A stretch of DNA of 64,000 bases, taken from positions 166,856-230,855 of the IMG/VR virus record IMGVR_UViG_3300029305_003510; one strand, given 5' to 3'. The first letter of the stretch is position 1; every line of letters begins with the position of its first letter. The notes beneath the pieces are model-generated. The model worked only from the letters and a program-made list of their open reading frames with translations, searched no databases and had not been told where the DNA came from. Positions 49,937 through 59,172 of the stretch are shown here, piece after piece. This DNA is from a virus (Duplodnaviria; Caudoviricetes). The translations under genes and the position numbers were made by a program.

Positions 49937-50297
49937 ATATAAAGTAGCACATCTCTTAGGTATTACTCGAGAACATGAAAATCAATTCCGTTGTGTTGAA
50001 CAGGAATTAGCTAAATCTGGATATATATGCTTCAGACCGGCTATTTACGATTTTGAGGTTTACAAACAATATGCTGATATGCTTGATGAGATGTGCTATC
50101 AGAAATTGTTGGTTTGTGACTTCTGTGTTATCGTCACTCCCGAGCACATCGGTAAATCAACATCACATAGAATTCAACAATCTTTTGATTTAGGCAAGCC
50201 TGTATACACATGGGATTCTGAAAAGAAAGAATTAGTTGAATTCTCAAATAAAGAGAAAGGTGGTAAAGACCACTATGAAAACATTCCAACCTATTGA
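49926..50297 (+). CDS. Nucleoside 2-deoxyribosyltransferase-like / DUF4406-like protein
   Basis: FRCVEQELAKSGY...KLLVCDFCVIV..HIGKST..IQQSFDLGKPV; GTG start at 49926. Confidence 0.5.
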   Translation: MFGRYKVAHLLGITREHENQFRCVEQELAKSGYICFRPAIYDFEVYKQYADMLDEMCYQKLLVCDFCVIVTPEHIGKSTSHRIQQSFDLGKPVYTWDSEKKELVEFSNKEKGGKDHYENIPTY

Positions 50298-50640
50298 TCC
50301 CGATGGTGCTGTTGTAATTGCAACTTATATCGGCACTCATCCGGAAGCAACACATAGAGAAGTCGCCGAGGCTTATGATATCAGTGTCCCTACAGTGAAC
50401 AAAATGCTGTTTGAAGGATCGATTATCATTCTCGACGACTGTCGTATTCAACCTGAGGATGACACGATAACCATCTGCCAGAAAGTTCATGAAACAAATA
50501 AGAACCTGCTTTTATATCAGCAGGAATATGATCTGGATATGGTCATGTGTTTATTCCACAAGCTTATGTATTCTCGAAGCGCCGCTCGCCGAAATAAAGC
50601 GAAAGAAATTCTTCGGGATATTAAAGCTTCCTATACCTAA
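50275..50640 (+). CDS. Helix-turn-helix DNA-binding protein
   Basis: IATYIGTHPEATHREVAEAYDISVPTVNK. Confidence 0.6.
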   Translation: MKTFQPIDPDGAVVIATYIGTHPEATHREVAEAYDISVPTVNKMLFEGSIIILDDCRIQPEDDTITICQKVHETNKNLLLYQQEYDLDMVMCLFHKLMYSRSAARRNKAKEILRDIKASYT

Positions 50641-50673
50641 TCAACCATATAAAACAAAAGGAGAACGATCACT

Positions 50674-50883
50674 ATGAGTAAGACTATGATGGAAATGCTG
50701 GATAAGGCTAAGAGCAACAATTCCCAGATCACAATCATCACCGCCAATGGATACCAGATGAACGGATCTGTTGTGAAGTATGATACTGACTGTATCGTAT
50801 TCTCTGATGCCAAGACCAAACGCGTCCAGATTATCTGCCTCAGTAATATCTCTACTATTAGTATGCCCGTCGAGGTTGCCTAA
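50674..50883 (+). CDS. hfq: Hfq-like Sm-fold RNA chaperone
   Basis: ITIITANGYQMNGSVVKYDTDCIVF...QIICLSNISTI aligns with Hfq VTVFLxNGFQLRGxVxxFDxFTVLL...QLIYKHAIST. Confidence 0.7.
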   Translation: MSKTMMEMLDKAKSNNSQITIITANGYQMNGSVVKYDTDCIVFSDAKTKRVQIICLSNISTISMPVEVA

Positions 50884-51068
50884 TGATCATACTTCTGCGT
50901 ATTATCACTCATCTCGTAGCCACAGTTCTCATGTATGCAGGTATGCTGTGGTTCATGTTCCTGGGTGATATCACTAAATATAAACGCCAAATAAAGACTG
51001 TGAAATTCCATGTTCTAACGATAGGAGTCATAGTCATTGTGCAGTTAATGATCTCTGCCTGGTGGTAG
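50883..51068 (+). CDS. Small membrane protein (2 TM)
   Basis: Hydrophobic; coupled to the hfq-like stop. Confidence 0.55.
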   Translation: MIILLRIITHLVATVLMYAGMLWFMFLGDITKYKRQIKTVKFHVLTIGVIVIVQLMISAWW

Positions 51069-51192
51069 AGCGGAGAAACCCTGGGTGTTACTCAGGGTTT
51101 CTTTTTATATTCAACATTGCTATAATGACGGAAGATCTGTCATTGAGAATATTCTCAACGAAAAATCGTATACGAAAGGTGGTAATTTACAC

Positions 51193-52410
51193 ATGACGAT
51201 TGCAGTCGCAAAGCTTGGCTGTACGCTCAAGCTCGATGACGGTAGAAGTTTCGTTGTGTTTGAAGGGGATGTCATCAATGACCTGACCTTCAAGGCCGGA
51301 ACTTCGGAGAAAACCATTACCGGCGCAGTTCGTGTAATCTGCGCAACCACTAAGGCCCAGTCTGATGGTCCTGATGAGTGTCCTCCCGAGCCTTATGTCT
51401 ACAAAAGCATTAGCACTGCTCAGCTGGTCATTGACAGCTCTGATGAGAACCATGCTATCCTGGATCGTGTCAATGTTTCTGACATTCTGGATATCGGCTC
51501 TGTTCGCACCGCTAAAGAGGTTGCCGAAGAGGGTATGATCGTCACCGGTGCTGGTGACCAGTATAAGCCTCTGGCTGAGGTTCTGGCCTCTGCTCCTGCT
51601 GGCTCTGTGATCAAGCTGGTTGGTGGCACCTATGAAACTCCTATGACTCTGGATAAGGACATTTCCATCTGTGCCGACGGTGATGTCACTCTGGCCTGCC
51701 AGATCGATCTGAAGAAGACCGCTGATGGTGCTGGTCCTAAGGTAAACCTGGACGGTCTGGTTCTCTCTGATGCTGCTGTCATTACTTCTGCCGGTACTGC
51801 TGAGCTGACTCTGACCAACTGTATTATCGGCGGTTTCGATCCCGAGAAGAGCACTCAGCCTATCCATTTCCTGAATAGCAATCCTGATCCCATTCTGGTG
51901 ACTATTGAGGACTGTGAATTCCTGGCCAACAATGAGAACTGCTACAACCTGATCAACATCTATGCTCCCTTTAAGGATGGTTCCAGCATTTCTCGTAACA
52001 TCTTCCGTAAGGGTTGCATCACTCATAACGTCATCAGCTTCTTTGCTGTTGAGGATGGTGCCACTGTTTACTTCAGTGACAACCTGTGCGAGTATTCTGC
52101 CAACATGGTTCATGTCCAGATTCCCGGTAGCCCTGTCTGTACCATCATGATGGAGGGTAATACCTATCTGGAGACTGATCCCACTGGCGAGTATGGTGGT
52201 CTGTTCATTGTCCAGCCCTTTGCTGACAAGACTGTCACCTATGAGGGTGTCACCATTCATTGTAATGACACCAAGAATGAGACCGACAATCCTCAGATCG
52301 GCTATATCTACATGCACAGTAAGAACACTCAGCTCACTGAAGAACAGTATCCCACTGTGTTTATGGATGGTGTTCAGGTTAAGCTGCCTGTGTGCATTGT
52401 TACCGAGTAA
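51193..52410 (+). CDS. Virion protein with a right-handed beta-helix (pectin lyase-like) domain
   Basis: YKPLAEVLASAPAGSVIKLVGGTY...LDKDISI followed by Asn-ladder repeats; strong codon bias; AACA-N6-TA at 51113. Confidence 0.6.
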   Translation: MTIAVAKLGCTLKLDDGRSFVVFEGDVINDLTFKAGTSEKTITGAVRVICATTKAQSDGPDECPPEPYVYKSISTAQLVIDSSDENHAILDRVNVSDILDIGSVRTAKEVAEEGMIVTGAGDQYKPLAEVLASAPAGSVIKLVGGTYETPMTLDKDISICADGDVTLACQIDLKKTADGAGPKVNLDGLVLSDAAVITSAGTAELTLTNCIIGGFDPEKSTQPIHFLNSNPDPILVTIEDCEFLANNENCYNLINIYAPFKDGSSISRNIFRKGCITHNVISFFAVEDGATVYFSDNLCEYSANMVHVQIPGSPVCTIMMEGNTYLETDPTGEYGGLFIVQPFADKTVTYEGVTIHCNDTKNETDNPQIGYIYMHSKNTQLTEEQYPTVFMDGVQVKLPVCIVTE

Positions 52411-52465
52411 GATCTTCCAGAACCGAAATACTCCCTTCCCATACACCGGGAAGGGAGTTTTCAAA

Positions 52466-52500
52466 TTTCCGATTTGAGAGAGATTTTAGATATATACTAT
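52466..52500 (+). promoter_or_regulatory. Early-type bipartite promoter
   Basis: TTTCCGATTT-N15-TATATACTAT directly after a terminator. Confidence 0.7.
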
Positions 52501-52612
52501 AACTGTAGAAAGAGGAAATAATATATCCTTATTTCTACCCAGAAAACCTATGATGGTCTTCGTCTGGGGCGTCTACAAAATCAAAACCATAGAAACAGAA
52601 AGGAAACTGATT

Positions 52613-52726
52613 ATGCATAATGAAACCACTATGAAGAAGATCTCTCTGGATGAGGCCGTTACTATTTGTGAGAAGAACGGTTACACTGCAGTCCAGCCGC
52701 AAGATTTCCGATTTTCGGTTATTTGA
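52613..52726 (+). CDS. Small hypothetical protein (37 aa)
   Basis: GAAAGGA RBS; first ORF after the early-type promoter. Confidence 0.4.
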   Translation: MHNETTMKKISLDEAVTICEKNGYTAVQPQDFRFSVI

Positions 52727-52756
52727 TAACTAAAAAAGAGAGAGAGGTAAAAATCT

Positions 52757-53347
52757 ATGAAAAGAATGTATCTGGTTCAGAGAGGGACTTTCCGTGAGGA
52801 TGTTATCAAAAATAATGAAACCAAAAATGTTCCTCTGACCGGCCGTGACGGTCTCATTTCTCTCGACTATATGGGATCTGCAGAATATGAGTTCGGTGCT
52901 GTCCACTACTCCTACTGTATGATTTTCCATGATAAAGATAAGTATGATAATTACCATCTGCGTGAAACCGAGATCACAAACGCTAATGGTGTTCCGCTCA
53001 TTGTATACTGCCGCGATGATCAATTCGATGATATTGTTGCAAATCTTCAGACCTATCTGGCAGGAAATGATCCTATAAAAGTTTCTACCTATAGACTTAA
53101 GGAACACATTTCATTTGCCAATAAATGCTACGGATTTAAATCAGCATTTGGTTATAGGTCTGATAATTTCTGGTGGGATATCCAGAATGATTTCATGTTC
53201 TTCTTTGCAGGATTCAAAAGTAATCGTACTCGTATGTTCCTGGAATGTCTGCTCAATGACTACGAAAATATGTGGCTCTGTTTGACTGAGGAAGAGAAAG
53301 CTGAAAAGTATAAGCGGGCACATAACTCGATGTATGGTAGATACTAA
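52757..53347 (+). CDS. Hypothetical protein
   Basis: GAGAGGT RBS; LDYMGSAEYEFGA motif. Confidence 0.7.
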   Translation: MKRMYLVQRGTFREDVIKNNETKNVPLTGRDGLISLDYMGSAEYEFGAVHYSYCMIFHDKDKYDNYHLRETEITNANGVPLIVYCRDDQFDDIVANLQTYLAGNDPIKVSTYRLKEHISFANKCYGFKSAFGYRSDNFWWDIQNDFMFFFAGFKSNRTRMFLECLLNDYENMWLCLTEEEKAEKYKRAHNSMYGRY

Positions 53348-53364
53348 AAAGAAAGAGAGAGGAA

Positions 53365-53631
53365 ATGCAAATGATCGAACTCAATTACACCGTTAAGGCC
53401 ACCAAGTTCTACCCCTATAGAACAGCACATGCTCGTAATGTGTTCCTGAAAGTCGACCGCTACAGTGAAAGTTCTTCGGCCTTTGAAACCAATCTTGCCC
53501 GTCAGTGTGGCGTTGCTGCTGATAACCACACCACGTACAGAATCGAGAATTCTGACGGAATGGTCATGTATATCACTTGCTCTGACCGGTATTTCTACAT
53601 CGGGTTGTCGGTCGAGGTTCGCAACTGGTAA
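53365..53631 (+). CDS. Hypothetical protein
   Basis: GAGAGG RBS. Confidence 0.6.
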   Translation: MQMIELNYTVKATKFYPYRTAHARNVFLKVDRYSESSSAFETNLARQCGVAADNHTTYRIENSDGMVMYITCSDRYFYIGLSVEVRNW

Positions 53632-53656
53632 ATGTATAGAAAGAGAGGAAATAATC

Positions 53657-54088
53657 ATGCCCACTATTAAGACTACCAACTTCGAGGGGACCGCCGAGGT
53701 CATGCTCAATGAGCTTATCGAGAACGACCGTGACACTACCCTCAAAATGTGCTGCGAGCGCGCTTTTAAAATGGCTCTCAGCGAGTATGACTTCAGCACT
53801 CTCACGGATATCACGCTGGATCATATCGGTCCCAGTAACATTACTGAGGATATCATCAAGTTCCACGTTACCGCTAAGATCGTAGAGGAGATTAACGAGG
53901 ATGCTGATAATGATCTCATGAGCTTGGATGCTCTTCAGTGGTTGAAGTCGGTGAACTATGGCGACAAGAACCACGAGGAGCGCATGGCTCTCATCAAGGC
54001 TGCTAGGATCCTCTACCCCAATACCGATAGCGATGATGATGAGCTCAACATGACCCGGCGTTTCTTCGCTACTCTCGGTATGGCCTAA
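53657..54088 (+). CDS. Hypothetical protein
   Basis: ATG 53657 after GAGAGG; followed by a terminator at about 54101-54133. Confidence 0.65.
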   Translation: MPTIKTTNFEGTAEVMLNELIENDRDTTLKMCCERAFKMALSEYDFSTLTDITLDHIGPSNITEDIIKFHVTAKIVEEINEDADNDLMSLDALQWLKSVNYGDKNHEERMALIKAARILYPNTDSDDDELNMTRRFFATLGMA

Positions 54089-54191
54089 ACCATACTAAAG
54101 GAAATCGGGAGCTTCGGCTCCCGTTTCTTTTTTCTGCCGAACATCCATATAACCATGCCAAATTTCGGTTATAGAAAGGATGTGAGACCGG

Positions 54192-56414
54192 ATGAAAGCA
54201 TATAACAAACAGACACTTACTACATATCATGTGCATCTTAAGACGAAAAATTCATCGTTTTTAAAGATGACATTACTCCTGAAGGAAATGGGAATAGAGA
54301 ACTGTTACTTTCATCTGAAACTTATTGATAAGGGTCTCAAAGATATAGATCCTTATGATCCTGATCTTTCTGATGCTATGAAATTCCGAGTTATGCGCGA
54401 GTGTGCGGATAACCGGTGGTATTTTTATCGTGAAGTATTTCGTGTTAGCGAAAACGGTGCTGGTACTGGTATCGGTGGTGGTAGTCCATTTATACTGAAC
54501 CGTGGTAACTTGGCATATCTATGGGCTATGGAGATGAACATCTCTACATATCTGATTATGCCTCGTCAGACTGGTAAGACTTGGGCTGCTATCGCTGACT
54601 TTACATGGACACATCAGTTCCAGAAAGGTTCTACGATGCTTCACTTCAATAAAAATCAGAAGGATGCTAATGAGAACCTTGGTCGTATCCAAGCAGCTAT
54701 CCGCATGCTTCCTGGATATCTGCAACACTCCAGTATTGATAACCTTGAATCTGCAGATAAACGTAGAGTTAAGAACAATGAAAAGACGATCAAAAATATC
54801 ATCGACTCTACGATCGAAGCAATGGCTTCTGCTGGTAACGAGAGTAAGGCTGACGCGCTGGCTCGTGGTCGTACATCAAGTAAGATCTGGTACGACGAGA
54901 TGGCGTTTATTTTCTTCAATGAAACCATTTACTCGGCTGCTACTCCTGCATACGAAAAGGCAACTGAACTTGCTATCAAGAACGGCGCACCTTATGCTAT
55001 CAGTATTACTACAACGCCTGGCGATCTTGCTACACCTCATGGCGCCTTTGCATATAAGATGATGCAAGACTCTGTTGTGTTCCATGAGCACTTCTATGAT
55101 ATGGGCCGTAATAAGCTCTATGATCGTGTACGGAATACTCCAGATAAGATCCCGTTCGTCTTCATTCAGTATACCTATTTGCAGTTAGGTGAAACGGAAG
55201 AGTGGTATCTGAAGCGTTATAAAAATCTGAATAATCCATTAAGAGCGCGTCGTGAGTACCTGCTTGAATGGATGAATAGTAACGGTAATAGTCCGTTCGA
55301 TCCGGATGATGTCGAACTTGTCGGCGAGCTTGCACGTCAGCGTGATATGAAAGCTGAAGTGTATAAACTGAACAAGTATTTCGATATGACTATCTATGAT
55401 GAATATCATGGTAAGAAACCGGTTCTGATTGGTGTCGACGTCGCTGGTAGTATCGGCCGAGACAGCAGCGCAATCGTTGTCGTACACCCAGAGACACTGC
55501 ATCCTATTGCAATCTTTAAGAGTAATATGATCGAACTCAGTAAACTACGGAAACTGATTCAAACCATTGTAAAGAAGATGTATCCGAATTGTGTACTGGC
55601 GATCGAAAATAACTCTGTTGGTAAAGGTTTGATCGATGAGCTCCGTGAAACGCCTGTCAGTCGTGTGTTGTATAAAGAGAAGAAAACGCGAAAGATCGAT
55701 ATGGGTGTCAGCAATGCAACGCGGAAGAAGACGATTGAGTCTATGGAGTATGGTTACAATACCAACCAGGTTACTCGTGATCAGATGATGGAAACTCTAG
55801 AATCCATTGTCCATAATAGCCCGAGTCATGTTGGTTATCGTGAACTGTATGAAGAGATTCGATTCCTTGAACTCAAGAACGGTCGTATCGATCATAGCAG
55901 TGCAACACACGATGACGTTGTCATGGCTTACATGGGTGTACTGTGGATTGTTCGTTATGGTAAAGGTCTTAAGGGTAAAGGTATCTACTATAGTATCAGT
56001 GATGGTTCTGAAGATTATGATGAGATCACATATGATACTATGGAAAGTATCCGACTCATCAATACACTTCTCAGAGGTGGTAAGGATGAAAAGAAGGATG
56101 TCGAGGATGAACTCCTTGACTATATGCTTCGTGATCATCCTGTATATACCTCTGACGATCTTGCTAAAAAAGAAAAAGAGAATTACTTCCGAGCAATGGA
56201 TCGCGTAGAAGGAATTACTGATGATGACGATATCGATTTCCAAGTATCTGACCCGACTAAGAATCTGCTGCTGAAGAACTATCATCAAATGCTTCGAATG
56301 GACTTGTATAGTGATGATCCGATGGAATCTTTGCTGCGACCAGTCGGAATGAGAGATTCTGGGTTTGGTATGCCTGGTTTCGGTAATGATTGGTCTGATG
56401 ATTATAAATTCTAA
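54192..56414 (+). CDS. Terminase large subunit
   Basis: PRQTGKT Walker A; IWYDE Walker B; ITTTP; IGVDVA...DSS; IENN; HDDVVMA nuclease motifs; AACA-N6-TA at 54140. Confidence 0.9.
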   Translation: MKAYNKQTLTTYHVHLKTKNSSFLKMTLLLKEMGIENCYFHLKLIDKGLKDIDPYDPDLSDAMKFRVMRECADNRWYFYREVFRVSENGAGTGIGGGSPFILNRGNLAYLWAMEMNISTYLIMPRQTGKTWAAIADFTWTHQFQKGSTMLHFNKNQKDANENLGRIQAAIRMLPGYLQHSSIDNLESADKRRVKNNEKTIKNIIDSTIEAMASAGNESKADALARGRTSSKIWYDEMAFIFFNETIYSAATPAYEKATELAIKNGAPYAISITTTPGDLATPHGAFAYKMMQDSVVFHEHFYDMGRNKLYDRVRNTPDKIPFVFIQYTYLQLGETEEWYLKRYKNLNNPLRARREYLLEWMNSNGNSPFDPDDVELVGELARQRDMKAEVYKLNKYFDMTIYDEYHGKKPVLIGVDVAGSIGRDSSAIVVVHPETLHPIAIFKSNMIELSKLRKLIQTIVKKMYPNCVLAIENNSVGKGLIDELRETPVSRVLYKEKKTRKIDMGVSNATRKKTIESMEYGYNTNQVTRDQMMETLESIVHNSPSHVGYRELYEEIRFLELKNGRIDHSSATHDDVVMAYMGVLWIVRYGKGLKGKGIYYSISDGSEDYDEITYDTMESIRLINTLLRGGKDEKKDVEDELLDYMLRDHPVYTSDDLAKKEKENYFRAMDRVEGITDDDDIDFQVSDPTKNLLLKNYHQMLRMDLYSDDPMESLLRPVGMRDSGFGMPGFGNDWSDDYKF

Positions 56415-56667
56415 ATCAGAAAATAAAATGCTTGGGAACACCTCTAAATGGGGTGTTCCCAGCTTTTCTTTTTCAATTACTTAGATATACTTTAACCTTA
56501 GTATTTGGCAGATCTGTAAAATAACTAAAACTACCTATGAGGGGTGTTTAGAGCAAAAATACTGTCAAAAGTGGTAGTTTACCACACTGCCACTTTTTGA
56601 CACACATGAGTTTTAAGAGATAAGAAAGCGGTGATTTCGTATCAAAACTTTAATACTGAAAAATGGT

Positions 56668-56955
56668 ATGAAATTCAATATTCTCGATTGCCATAGCTAT
56701 GATAAGATCATTAAGAGAAAATTTTATGATATCATGGATTTCAGGATCGATCCCCAGAGCTATAAATTAAAAGATATTGTGCATGCTTTTCTTAAAGACA
56801 AACCGTCTATATTCAAAATACAATCTGTAGTATATGATGAATATGGAATACCGTATATCTCAAACTATAGATTTCAAGGAAAGTGTTTTGATGTTAGACG
56901 GTTTGTCCATTTAAATACTGATCAAATTTCTGTACGAGTAATTCGTAACTCGTAA
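56668..56955 (+). CDS. Hypothetical protein
   Basis: 95-aa AT-rich ORF in operon with the fibre gene. Confidence 0.5.
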   Translation: MKFNILDCHSYDKIIKRKFYDIMDFRIDPQSYKLKDIVHAFLKDKPSIFKIQSVVYDEYGIPYISNYRFQGKCFDVRRFVHLNTDQISVRVIRNS

Positions 56956-56977
56956 TAATATAGAAGGAGGGATTATT

Positions 56978-58108
56978 ATGGCTATTCTCAAAGAGCGTCT
57001 GAAGCGACGTAATGAGTCTGGTGGATACGATACTATTTACCTCGAAACTAATAGTAGTGTCGTCCTTATGAGCGATGGAACGTCACTTGAAACTAAATTT
57101 AATGAGATTTCAAATGAGATAAAAAATATATCCAGCGGTCCAGCTCTTAGTGATACTGCGCCATTGATTAATGGAACTGCATCTGCCGGAACCGCAACTA
57201 CAGCTTCACGTTCTGACCATGTACATCCTACGGATACAACAAGAGCCGCATCTTCACACAATCATGCAGCTTCTGATATAACTTCTGATACACTTGTTAT
57301 ATCAAGAGGTGGCACTGGACTAACAGCCAGTCCCTCTATGCTTACTAACTTAGCTAGCACAACTGCAGCTAATATTTTAGTAGCATCGCCTCGTCCAGGA
57401 GTAACAGGAACTCTTCCATTAGCCAACGGTGGTACCGGCAAGACTACATCACCTCTGGCACTGTATGCACTGATCAATGGCAGCACTGCATTGGCTTCTA
57501 CTGGTCTTGCTGATGGAGACTACATTCCCATCGGCGATGTTAGCGCTTCTACTGGTAAGAAGGTCACACTTGCTAATTTAAAGGCATATCTCAAAACATC
57601 AGGTGCATTAGTTTTTGATGATGATGTTGCATCTGTAGAAATTGGCAGTATAATAAGCTGGGCCGGATATAACTGGTTGGTTGTTCACAGAAATACTAGT
57701 AATAATACAATCACATGTTGTCTAAATAAAGTTACAACTTCTACGAAATCTAATATTAAACTTAGCACTCTTCAAAGTTTTATTGAGACTTTACCACAAT
57801 CTTCACTAACACGAGCAGTATCAAAATCGGTTAAGTATTATCATGGCACATACGATGATGATGGTAATGAAGATTATACAACTTACAATTCAAAAGTTTG
57901 GTTTGCGTCATATAGTGAAATATATAATAATACGTTTTCATATTTTACAACTCTTAATAATCGTATTGCTACTACTGAGACTGGGATTACCAACGCATCT
58001 TGGCATTTAGCTGATAGTGCCTACGTCACTGGTACTGGCGCATTACAAAGTAACACTGGCGCTGGTAGTTATTATATACGTCCATTTGTTACACTCTCTG
58101 CATCTTAA
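56978..58108 (+). CDS. Tail fibre/adhesin with a C-terminal C-type-lectin-fold (DUF6273-like) domain; paralog of the DGR target
   Basis: ASRSDHVHP, HNHAASDI and GGTG fibre repeats; C-terminus KVWFASYSE...NNRIA...WHL...YV...G...IRPFVTLSAS aligns with the target at 63767. Confidence 0.7.
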   Translation: MAILKERLKRRNESGGYDTIYLETNSSVVLMSDGTSLETKFNEISNEIKNISSGPALSDTAPLINGTASAGTATTASRSDHVHPTDTTRAASSHNHAASDITSDTLVISRGGTGLTASPSMLTNLASTTAANILVASPRPGVTGTLPLANGGTGKTTSPLALYALINGSTALASTGLADGDYIPIGDVSASTGKKVTLANLKAYLKTSGALVFDDDVASVEIGSIISWAGYNWLVVHRNTSNNTITCCLNKVTTSTKSNIKLSTLQSFIETLPQSSLTRAVSKSVKYYHGTYDDDGNEDYTTYNSKVWFASYSEIYNNTFSYFTTLNNRIATTETGITNASWHLADSAYVTGTGALQSNTGAGSYYIRPFVTLSAS

Positions 58109-58219
58109 ATCATTTTCGATCAGATCCTCCTGATCCCAACATTATTATAGAATACCATTGGTATCGATCTTACCAAGGGTGTCCGCCAAAAATCATAAAA
58201 CAAGAAGGAGGCAATCGAT

Positions 58220-58756
58220 TTGAAGACTATTCTCTTCGCGAACGGTACTTCCGTAGAGTACGTTCAGCGTATCGAAGATTCTGATTATATTCAGGGCGCT
58301 GATCGTTCCATCCTGGAGTTCCGTTTCGATCCTACCAAGATGACCCTCGATCAGATTGACAAGCTCTTTACTACCGAGGGTTGCGCTCGTCTGCGTCTCT
58401 CTGAAACCTACACTATTCCCGTTCCTGTCTATGAGGATCAGGATGTTGAGGTTCCCGTCCTGGATGAGGAGGGTAACGAGACCGGTGAGACTACTACCGA
58501 AACTCAGTCTGTCCTGGTTCGTACTGACGAGGAGGAGCATACCGACGAGTTCGTCTATGACGGCTATTGTGTCCGTTGTATCCTGAGTCGTCAGCTGTTC
58601 CCCACTCATACCGATAAGGGTCTGGTGGACAAGGAGTTCATCAATGTTCGTATGGCTCAGCGCACCTATGCTGAGGAGCAGATCGCTCTGTTGGCTGATG
58701 AGAACACCAATACTCAGCTGGCGCTGGTTGAAGTCTACGAAATGATGCTGGGCTAA
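58220..58756 (+). CDS. Tail-fibre-associated protein
   Basis: AAGGAGG RBS; C-terminus TQLALVEVYEMMLG typical of genes preceding CD1375/XkdX-like genes; AACA-N6-TA at 58138. Confidence 0.6.
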   Translation: MKTILFANGTSVEYVQRIEDSDYIQGADRSILEFRFDPTKMTLDQIDKLFTTEGCARLRLSETYTIPVPVYEDQDVEVPVLDEEGNETGETTTETQSVLVRTDEEEHTDEFVYDGYCVRCILSRQLFPTHTDKGLVDKEFINVRMAQRTYAEEQIALLADENTNTQLALVEVYEMMLG

Positions 58757-58780
58757 TTCAATAAGGAGGTACCTACAATT

Positions 58781-58885
58781 ATGGCTAAGATTTATGCCGA
58801 TCTGATCCGTAAGGGTCTCAAGACTATTGACCAGGTGCCCGCCCGCATTCGTGCTGAGGTTGAGGCTCTTCTGGCAGGGGAGTGA
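58781..58885 (+). CDS. CD1375-like small protein (34 aa)
   Basis: MAKIYADLIRKGLKTIDQVPARIRAEVEALLAGE; AAGGAGGT RBS. Confidence 0.7.
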   Translation: MAKIYADLIRKGLKTIDQVPARIRAEVEALLAGE

Positions 58886-58894
58886 GAGTAAGTC

Positions 58895-59071
58895 ATGTGG
58901 ACTAAACTCAAACTCTATATTCTCACCTATCTTGTAAGAAAGGAGATTAAAGACATGGCAGTTGTGTACGCTACTCTGATCGTCAAGGGCAAGAAGACCC
59001 TGGACCAGGTTCCTGCTCTGATCCGTCCTCAGGTCGAGGCGATCCTGGCTGATCTGGAAGTCGAGGTCTAA
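58895..59071 (+). CDS. CD1375-like small protein, second copy (alternative start 58955)
   Basis: MAVVYATLIVKGKKTLDQVPALIRPQVEAILADLEVEV. Confidence 0.7.
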   Translation: MWTKLKLYILTYLVRKEIKDMAVVYATLIVKGKKTLDQVPALIRPQVEAILADLEVEV

Positions 59072-59137
59072 TCTCTTCGCCCGCCACCCATTGTGGTTAA
59101 ACTATCCCACTATGGTATTTGGCCAAGTATCAAAGAA

Positions 59138-59172
59138 GACACCCCGGGGATTGTCCCCGGGGTGTCCTTTTA
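59138..59172. terminator. Bidirectional terminator
   Basis: GACACCCCGGGGA-ttg-TCCCCGGGGTGTC between convergent genes. Confidence 0.8.

Noticed and set aside
50275-50640. SpoIIID homolog
   Set aside because: Only the generic HTH resembles SpoIIID; the RHLRGG C-terminal signature is absent
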